From a virus (Duplodnaviria; Caudoviricetes), in IMG/VR virus record IMGVR_UViG_3300011008_000043, positions 1 to 64,000 of that record: a stretch of DNA of 64,000 nucleotides. The stretch is one strand, 5' to 3'. A program made the position numbers and the translations under genes. Positions 10,683 to 16,684 of the stretch are shown piece by piece. Positions within the stretch are counted from its first letter, which is position 1. Every line of letters begins with the position of its first letter. Below the pieces are notes generated by a model. It saw nothing but the letters and a program-made list of their open reading frames with translations, did not search any database and was not told the origin of the DNA.

Positions 10683-11001
10683 GATGATTATCGTTGAGAA
10701 AAACGTTGGAGACAAAATCCCCTATGATGTCAACGGCAAGAAAGTCGTTTTTGACGACGACCTGAGCATCAACCTCACGAAGCGCGAGCAGGATTGGCCC
10801 GTGCATATTGACATCTGCTACGATTCGGACAAGGAGCTGGTCATCGGAACTTCTGCCGGTCGTGCGTATGTGGCAGAGATCGACATTCCGGCGAGACAGT
10901 ATACCTATCCGGAAACGGAAGAAGGCGAAGAGCCGCAGCCGCCCGTCCCTGTCCCGCTGGACATGGATACCGTCACCCTGAGCCTTTGGGCCATTGATTA
11001 A
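10675..11001 (+). CDS. Hypothetical tail-associated protein
   Basis: ORF coupled to both neighbours in the tail operon, immediately upstream of the DGR target. Confidence 0.5.
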   Translation: MIKMIIVEKNVGDKIPYDVNGKKVVFDDDLSINLTKREQDWPVHIDICYDSDKELVIGTSAGRAYVAEIDIPARQYTYPETEEGEEPQPPVPVPLDMDTVTLSLWAID

Positions 11002-11020
11002 GAAACAGGAGGAAAACAAA

Positions 11021-12100
11021 ATGCCGAATTTTGATCTGGCGAATCTGGCCTTGCAGGCCGTTTGCCCTAACAACGTACTGCTGTACGACGACAAGAATCT
11101 TCCCAGCGCCATGGTGAAGATTCCGAAAATGACCTATGCGCAGCTCGGTCTGGGAGACAGCTCCGCGACGCACCCGGCATTCATTGTGAACGGGCAGGAA
11201 GTCAGCGCGATCTATATCTCCAAGTACCAGAATGTGGTCATGAACGGACGCGCCTATTCCCTCCCGGGAGAAGACCCGCGAGCGACCATCACCGGCGACG
11301 CGGCTCTGGCAGCGTGTACCGCGAAGGGTGCTGGCTGGCATCTGATGACCCGCGCCGAGTGGGCGTTGCTGGCCCTGTGGTGCAAGCAGAACGGCACTCA
11401 GCCGACGGGAAACAATAACTACGGCAAAGATACCAGCGAGACGCTGTACAAAGCCATCCCGTCCATGGACAGGGACAGCAGCAACAGGATTCAGAGAGTT
11501 GCCACCGGAACCGGCCCGCTGGAATGGAGCCACGACGGAACCCCGGCTGGAATCTGGGATTTGAATGGCAACGTCTGGGAGTGGGTCGGAGGCATCCGCA
11601 CTGTGTACGGAGAGCTTCAGATTCTGGCGAACAACAATGCTGCCGACAGCGACAATTCGCAGGCCGCGACTTCCGCTCAGTGGATGGCGATCAACGCGGC
11701 GACCGGCGAGCTGATGACCCCGGACGGCAGCGGCACGACTTCTGGCTCCGTCAAGATCGACTGGGTATCCAGCCATGCCCGGTATGTTTCGACCATCACC
11801 ACGCAGGAAGCGACAGGACGCTCCTGCACGTTTGAGAGCGTGGATTGCGACAGCACCATTGGCGACGATACAAAGCTGCTGCTGCAGGCCCTCGCTCTTC
11901 TGAAGTACGACGACACCAGCGGCGCGTACAACGGTGACTATTTCTACTTCAACAACGGCGAAGCCGAGCGGGGCTTCCGCTGTGGTGGCGTCTGGGACGG
12001 TGGGGCGACTGCGGGCGTCTTCGACGTCAACGGCGGCAGCTCTTTCCGGTCGGCCTCGCTCACGATCATCGGGTTCCGCTCCGCTTTTGTTGAGCTGTAA
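11021..12100 (+). CDS. DGR target: Mtd-like C-type-lectin-fold (FGE-sulfatase-like) tail adhesin/receptor-binding protein
   Basis: RBS GGAGG then ATG at 11021. 'WHLMTRAEW', 'GIWDLNGNVWEW' and C-terminal 'GG.W..G..AGVF......R....IGFRSA' CLec motifs. The 3' end is the VR. Confidence 0.93.
   Translation: MPNFDLANLALQAVCPNNVLLYDDKNLPSAMVKIPKMTYAQLGLGDSSATHPAFIVNGQEVSAIYISKYQNVVMNGRAYSLPGEDPRATITGDAALAACTAKGAGWHLMTRAEWALLALWCKQNGTQPTGNNNYGKDTSETLYKAIPSMDRDSSNRIQRVATGTGPLEWSHDGTPAGIWDLNGNVWEWVGGIRTVYGELQILANNNAADSDNSQAATSAQWMAINAATGELMTPDGSGTTSGSVKIDWVSSHARYVSTITTQEATGRSCTFESVDCDSTIGDDTKLLLQALALLKYDDTSGAYNGDYFYFNNGEAERGFRCGGVWDGGATAGVFDVNGGSSFRSASLTIIGFRSAFVEL
11967..12087 (+). repeat. DGR variable repeat (VR), 121 nt
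   Basis: Aligns without gaps to 12552-12606 + 12806-12871, with 16 mismatches, every one opposite a TR adenine. Confidence 0.96.
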
Positions 12101-12105
12101 GCTGA

Positions 12106-12144
12106 CCCACCGTAAGCTGTGGGGCATCGCGATAGCGATGGCCC
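12106..12144 (+). promoter_or_regulatory. GC-rich hairpin(s) downstream of VR, DGR target-recognition element
   Basis: CATCGC-GATA-GCGATG stem-loop (12125-12140, extendable by GGG/CCC) plus CCCAC...GTGGG. The position matches the hairpin/cruciform needed for homing in characterised DGRs. Confidence 0.7.
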
Positions 12145-12184
12145 GATAAACCAAAAGAAATTCGCAGAAGGGGACTGAGCAGGC

Positions 12185-12553
12185 ATGGCGGTAGAAGAGT
12201 TCAAAACACTGACGAAAGTCAAGGATATGATGATCTATGCGTACCCGGTGCTTGCTCAGTTCCCGAAAGCGGAGAAGTTTTCGCTGGCGCAGGACATCCG
12301 GCACAGCATGGATCAACTGCTGGAACTCACGATTACGGAAGACAAGAAATATTACAAGAAAACCACGCTCGAAAGCATGGACGTAGAGCTGGCGAAACTG
12401 AAGACGTATGTCAGGCTCGGCATGGAGCTGAATTTTATTCCATTCCACAAATACGAGGTATGGGAAAGACACCTGACAGAAATAGGCAAGATGATCGGCG
12501 GCTTGATGAAATCCGTCAACAGCAAGCCGAAGAACATAGGGAACGAATCGTAG
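12185..12553 (+). CDS. avd: DGR accessory variability determinant (Avd-like four-helix bundle)
   Basis: 122 aa, 'FPKAEKFSLAQDIR...IGKMIGG' motifs, located between target gene and TR; its stop overlaps the TR start. Confidence 0.92.
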   Translation: MAVEEFKTLTKVKDMMIYAYPVLAQFPKAEKFSLAQDIRHSMDQLLELTITEDKKYYKKTTLESMDVELAKLKTYVRLGMELNFIPFHKYEVWERHLTEIGKMIGGLMKSVNSKPKNIGNES

Positions 12554-12871
12554 CGGGGCTTCAACTGTGGTGGCAACTGGAACAATGGGGCGAATGCGGG
12601 CGTCTTCGAATGGAGCGGTCAGACGGGAAACCACTGACCGGATGCTGGCTAATTCGGCGAATATCCCATAGGGACAACGCCGAGCTAAACCGGGAAACCG
12701 GAAATGTGTAGAGACTATATACCAGCGGCCTAAACTCATGGGGAGCAAGGTCAAGAAATAGTCCAGACCGCAACCGAAAGGGCTATGGCAACATAGTGCG
12801 GCAGGCGACGTCAACGGCAACAACTCTTTCCGGTCGAACTCGAACACGAACATCGGGTTCCGCTCCGCTTT
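12552..12871 (+). ncRNA. DGR template repeat (TR), split into exon 1 (12552-12606) and exon 2 (12806-12871) by an intron
   Basis: The spliced TR has 11 AAC/AAT codons in the VR reading frame and 26 adenines. Its 3' end diverges from VR after CCGCTTT (IMH versus IMH*). Confidence 0.95.
12607..12805 (+). ncRNA. Group I intron (compact, IC3/Azoarcus-like, no homing endonuclease), 199 nt
   Basis: 5' exon ends in U, which makes a U.G pair in P1 (CUUC-GAAU-GGAG). Intron ends in G. P2 GGUCAG/CUGACC with GAAA cap. P3 UGCUGG/CCAGCG. P4 AAUUCGGCGAA/AACGCCGAGC. P5 UCCC/GGGA. P6a CCGG-GAAA-CCGG. P7 GUAGAGACUA/AAGAAAUAGUCC. P9 region CCGCA/UGCGG enclosing CC-GAAA-GG and CUAUG-GCAA-CAUAG. Confidence 0.93.
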
Positions 12872-13025
12872 ACCCCGAACGCCAGATGCCGCAGGCTCAC
12901 GGGCCTGCTCCCAGAGCGATGGGTGAGTAAAGGGATTCGAATCCTTGGTCAACCACGGGCCAGAAAAAGAACGGCTGCGAAATCCGCGAAAGCTGATAAG
13001 CGCAGCTCTTCCATGGAGACTGAAT
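12872..13025 (+). promoter_or_regulatory. DGR spacer (Sp-like) between TR and RT with hairpins
   Basis: GCAGGC-TCACGG-GCCTGC hairpin and GGATTCGAATCC palindrome. Position is equivalent to the structured spacer RNA used for cDNA priming in the BPP-1 DGR. Confidence 0.55.
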
Positions 13026-14150
13026 ATGGAGAAATACCAACATGTTTTTGAAAAATTCGTGGAGTTTCGGAGACAGTACGACGGATACCGGCTGGCTCGC
13101 AGATGCAAGCGATTCCGGCCTGAGGTGCTATCCTATTCAGTCAAATTGGAAGACAACATTTTCGACATGATAGACCGGCTGAAAGACCGGACATATCACA
13201 TAGAAGGCGCACACGAATTTTACGAATACTTCCCAAAGAAACGCATCATAACAGCATGGCCTTTTCCGTACCGCGTAGTCAACTGCGCGGCCTATTTGAC
13301 GTTATGGCCCATATACGAGAAGAGTTTTTATGAACACAGCTATGGCAGCATCCCCGGCAAAGGAAGCATCAGAGCCGTACAGCAGGTGCAATACTGGCAG
13401 CGTCAGGCGCGAGCGACCGGAAAGAACACGGTCGCCGGAAAAGCGGATGTAGCGAAGTTCTTTTTCAGGGTTCCGCACGAGGTACAGCTCGACAGGCTGA
13501 TGCGTCCGCTAGATGACCCGAACATGGAATGGTTCTTGCGAACGTCCATCAATGGAGACGGCAGAGCGACAGGACTGCCACTGGAATTTTCCGACGTGGA
13601 AGACGCGGAGAGGATTTTCGGAATCGGGATGCCGGTAGGAAGCCTGATATCACAGATGACGGCGAACGTTGTCTTGACACCACTCGACCATTATATGAAA
13701 CGGGTGGTCGGGATACCGAAATATTGCCGGTACATGGACGATATGTACATACAGGGAGAGAGCAAACAGCAGGTCTGGGATGCCCTCGGAATGATGGACG
13801 GATTTCTGCGAAGGGAGCTGGGCCTGCAACTGAATCAGAAGACGGCGGTCATGCCATACGACAGCGGGATAGAGTTCGTCGGAAGAGTGATAACCCCAGA
13901 CAAGATCACGATCAGAAAAAGCACGACACTGCTGGTCAAAAAGCATCTGAATTACGTCCGGGAGGCATACGACCGCAGAGAAGTCTCGCTGGACTATGCA
14001 GAAAGCGTCATCGTCAGTTACCTCGGATTGCTGAAGCACACGGATTGCGACGCATTAAGGGAAAAGCTCTGCCGGGATTACGTGCTGATACGGCACTCAA
14101 CACCGGAAGAGATTGAACAGGAAAACAAGACCCAATGGATAGGGATTTGA
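13026..14150 (+). CDS. DGR reverse transcriptase
   Basis: 'SYGSIPGKG', 'KADVAKFF', 'GMPVGSLISQ', 'YCRYMDD', 'GLQLNQKT...IEFVG' RT motifs. No maturase/endonuclease extension. Likely ATG at 13026 after GGAGA. Confidence 0.96.
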   Translation: MEKYQHVFEKFVEFRRQYDGYRLARRCKRFRPEVLSYSVKLEDNIFDMIDRLKDRTYHIEGAHEFYEYFPKKRIITAWPFPYRVVNCAAYLTLWPIYEKSFYEHSYGSIPGKGSIRAVQQVQYWQRQARATGKNTVAGKADVAKFFFRVPHEVQLDRLMRPLDDPNMEWFLRTSINGDGRATGLPLEFSDVEDAERIFGIGMPVGSLISQMTANVVLTPLDHYMKRVVGIPKYCRYMDDMYIQGESKQQVWDALGMMDGFLRRELGLQLNQKTAVMPYDSGIEFVGRVITPDKITIRKSTTLLVKKHLNYVREAYDRREVSLDYAESVIVSYLGLLKHTDCDALREKLCRDYVLIRHSTPEEIEQENKTQWIGI

Positions 14151-14181
14151 GATACAAAGAAACAGTCGCAGAGGATAGGCC

Positions 14182-14445
14182 ATGAAGAACGCGCAAAGAG
14201 ATACCAACTCACCGCGAGATCATCCCCGGAAAACTCGCTTCTATCGCATCGAACCACGGGAAGATGGAACGGTAGACATCTATCTGCGGAGCGAGGTTAT
14301 TCCGGCGACGACAGAAGAAGGCGCAACAGATTACGATATTCGTATCCTGATTGTCCGTGGAGTCGTCCCGTGGGATGGGATGGAAGAAGATATCAGGCGA
14401 AGATATGACGCGTGGTGTGAGGCCGCTGAGACGGTTTATTTATGA
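14182..14445 (+). CDS. Hypothetical protein downstream of the RT
   Basis: 87-aa ORF with RBS (GAGGA). Confidence 0.55.
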   Translation: MKNAQRDTNSPRDHPRKTRFYRIEPREDGTVDIYLRSEVIPATTEEGATDYDIRILIVRGVVPWDGMEEDIRRRYDAWCEAAETVYL

Positions 14446-14542
14446 CCTATAGAGACGACGGAATGAAAGGATGAAGAATCATGAGGAAACCGGAAGCAAA
14501 GGAAAACGGAATCCCGATCATAGGCAGAGAGGGGTGTTTCCA

Positions 14543-14860
14543 GTGGGAGAAATAACAGGCCTACAGTGGCAGAACTTTTTGACGGTCGCGCTGGCAATCG
14601 GCGCGGCAGTCGTTCTTTTGGGGAATGTTACGAAGGCCATCAGGGAATGGCGAAAGCCATCCAACGATCTGCAAGAGTGGAAACGGGATGTGGATGATAA
14701 GCTTGGGAACGACAACGAACGCCTGAAAGCCATGGAGAATGGCACGAACGTTCTGTGCCGTGGGATGCTCGCACTGCTCAGTCATGAGATCAACGGGAAC
14801 TCGACAGACAAGCTTAAGGCATCCCAAGAGGAAATAACGGATTACCTGATAGAGAGGTGA
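14543..14860 (+). CDS. Putative holin-like membrane protein
   Basis: One N-terminal transmembrane segment followed by a coiled coil. Likely GTG start at 14543 (the ORF track extends to 14471). Confidence 0.55.
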   Translation: MGEITGLQWQNFLTVALAIGAAVVLLGNVTKAIREWRKPSNDLQEWKRDVDDKLGNDNERLKAMENGTNVLCRGMLALLSHEINGNSTDKLKASQEEITDYLIER

Positions 14861-15204
14861 AACCCATGGAGAAGAAGCAGGATCACAGAGAGCAGTTTTC
14901 AAAGAGGCTCGCCCGATACGGAGCTGTTGTCTGGGGCGTGTTTCTCGTCGCCGTCATTGTGCTGCTGTACTTTCAGCCGGAAACCGCTATGGCCTGCGTG
15001 TATCTTGTGCTGATAGTGACGGCAAACAAGGCACTGGACACATGGGCGTACACCAAAAACTCCACATATGAAAAGGGCCTGCTCGCGATGCTGGACAAGA
15101 CAAAGATGGAACTGAGCCTGAAGGGGATTGCGACAGCTCCGGGGAGCAAGGCGAAATCAGACAGCAGCAAAGACGACGATGAAGGCGAAGGGGGGAATGG
15201 CTGA
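14857..15204 (+). CDS. Putative holin (two transmembrane segments)
   Basis: Two hydrophobic helices and a charged C-terminus; directly upstream of the endolysin. Confidence 0.6.
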   Translation: MKPMEKKQDHREQFSKRLARYGAVVWGVFLVAVIVLLYFQPETAMACVYLVLIVTANKALDTWAYTKNSTYEKGLLAMLDKTKMELSLKGIATAPGSKAKSDSSKDDDEGEGGNG

Positions 15205-15923
15205 TGCTCAGTATCAAGAAACTTTCGGAATCGGCGAACGCCTGCATGGGCTGGCCTTACGACAGCCCCGGAACCAACGATAGCAAGGGGATTGACTGCT
15301 CCGGGCTTTTCGTAAAGATGTTCCGCGATCAGGGTGCGAAAATCTACCATGGCAGCAACACGATCTTTCGGAAATACTGTTCGGATACAGGAAAGCTGAC
15401 CAAAGCGAATCAGCTCATCCCCGGAATGGCAGTATTCAAGCGGAAAAACTGGACGGACGCCGACAAGGACAACCGGTGGTACGAAACGGAGCCGGGAAAT
15501 CTCTCTCATATCGGATACGTGGATTCCGTAAATCCGCTCAGAATTATTCACGCCAGCACCGGGACGATGTGCGTCACGACAGACAGCAGCATCAAAAACT
15601 GGGCGTACTGGGGAAAGCTGAAGAACGTGGATTACAGCGGAGACACCCCAGAGCCTACGCCTGAACCATCACCGGAACCTACCCCGGAACCGGAACCACT
15701 GGTCGCAGACGCGACGGTATGGTCAGAAAGCGGGAAGCCGGTAAAGATGAGGGCGAAGCCGTCTGGAAGCAGCAGACTCTACGACGAACTGCCGGTCGGA
15801 ACAGTTGTTACCGTGGAGGAATACAACTACACGACGGATGCCAAAGGAAACCAGTGGACAAAGATATCCTACGGCAGGCGCAAAGGATGGTACATTATGA
15901 CCAAATTCCTGAGCCTCGGATAA
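15204..15923 (+). CDS. Endolysin: NlpC/P60 peptidase, PEPT linker and SH3-like cell-wall-binding domain
   Basis: 'GIDCSGLF' catalytic Cys, 'SHIG...IIHAS' His residues, (PEP/T)n linker, 'VKMRAKPS...WTKISY...GWYIMTKFL' SH3b-like end. Confidence 0.88.
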   Translation: MLSIKKLSESANACMGWPYDSPGTNDSKGIDCSGLFVKMFRDQGAKIYHGSNTIFRKYCSDTGKLTKANQLIPGMAVFKRKNWTDADKDNRWYETEPGNLSHIGYVDSVNPLRIIHASTGTMCVTTDSSIKNWAYWGKLKNVDYSGDTPEPTPEPSPEPTPEPEPLVADATVWSESGKPVKMRAKPSGSSRLYDELPVGTVVTVEEYNYTTDAKGNQWTKISYGRRKGWYIMTKFLSLG

Positions 15924-15951
15924 AACAAAAAGCAGAAGGGAGAAAAGAACC

Positions 15952-16314
15952 ATGCAGATTGGTAATGTTACTATCGACCTGACCCAAATCATTTTGGCGG
16001 TATTCACGCTTATCTTCGGGCTGCTAATGAGGTACGTCATCCCCGGAATCAAAGAGAAGATGACGAACGATCAGATTGAGCTGCTGCGAATCGCAGTCAA
16101 GACGGCGGTTTATGCCGCTGAACAGCTTTACGGCAGCAAGCAAGGGCAGGAAAAGCTCGCCTATGTGATCGACCTGCTGTACCAGCAAGGCTACATCGTG
16201 GACAAAGACAAAGTAGAAGATACCGTACGGGCCTTGATCGAATCATTTGTCAAAGAGCTGAATATGGAGCAGGCAAAAATTGAAGCAGTAAAAACAGAAG
16301 CCACGAAGGAATAA
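15952..16314 (+). CDS. Phage holin (LL-H-like family)
   Basis: N-terminal transmembrane segment, 'AVKTAVYAAEQLY...GQEKL...IESFVKE'. Confidence 0.75.
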   Translation: MQIGNVTIDLTQIILAVFTLIFGLLMRYVIPGIKEKMTNDQIELLRIAVKTAVYAAEQLYGSKQGQEKLAYVIDLLYQQGYIVDKDKVEDTVRALIESFVKELNMEQAKIEAVKTEATKE

Positions 16315-16317
16315 ACC

Positions 16318-16503
16318 GTGAAAGCCCCGTGTAAAGACTGCCCGGGCAGGCAGCTCGGATGCCATTCTGCCTGCGAGAAATATTTGGCTTATGCTGCGGA
16401 ATGCGAGCAGAAAAGACTCAGGCGAAAAGACACGGCCCGGTATCTCAGCGAAGAAACGTTGAAGATGCTGCGGAGAAGAGCATTATCCAGAAACCATAGA
16501 TGA
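16318..16503 (+). CDS. Small Cys-rich hypothetical protein
   Basis: 'PCKDCPGR..GCHSACEKY' motif. Confidence 0.5.
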   Translation: MKAPCKDCPGRQLGCHSACEKYLAYAAECEQKRLRRKDTARYLSEETLKMLRRRALSRNHR

Positions 16504-16504
16504 C

Positions 16505-16545
16505 AGGCTGTCGTCCCGATGAAAGGGCGACAGCCTTTTTATTTT
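16505..16545 (+). terminator. Intrinsic terminator ending the tail/lysis operon
   Basis: AGGCTGTCGTCC-loop-GGGCGACAGCCT followed by a T-run. Confidence 0.85.
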
Positions 16546-16590
16546 GCGTCGCAAGATACGAAATTTGAAATTTTCTTAAATTATTTCTGA

Positions 16591-16637
16591 TTTTTTCGTT
16601 TTTGCCTATTGACAAAACGAAAAAGAAAGAGTAAAAT
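16591..16637 (+). promoter_or_regulatory. Sigma70/SigA promoter with operator-like inverted repeat (copy 1 of a 47-bp identical repeat)
   Basis: TTGACA-17 nt-TAAAAT, with TTTTTCGTTTT...AAAACGAAAAA flanking the -35 box. Identical to 21062-21108. Confidence 0.85.
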
Positions 16638-16684
16638 AACGTCGAAATCAGGAACCATACTACGAAATTGCGGAGGGAACGACG

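Noticed and set aside
12460-12711. + strand ORF running through the TR and intron (possible intron-encoded protein)
   Set aside because: It starts inside avd in another frame, has no endonuclease motif, and the intron loops are too small to host an ORF.
12607-12808. TR insert read as a MITE/IS with a 3-bp CGA target duplication
   Set aside because: There are no terminal inverted repeats, and a full group I core is present. The CGA echo is explained by P1/P10-type pairing, and only the U|...G| register fits the splicing rules.
10973-13108. 711-aa minus-strand ORF and other long antisense ORFs (e.g. 52-1053, 21654-22922, 55297-56442, 60398-61660)
   Set aside because: These are shadow frames of well-supported + strand genes, with no recognisable motifs or RBS.
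13026-14150. RT as a group II intron maturase or retron RT
   Set aside because: It lacks a maturase X/endonuclease extension and intron boundaries. Its context (avd, adenine-specific TR/VR) is diagnostic for a DGR.
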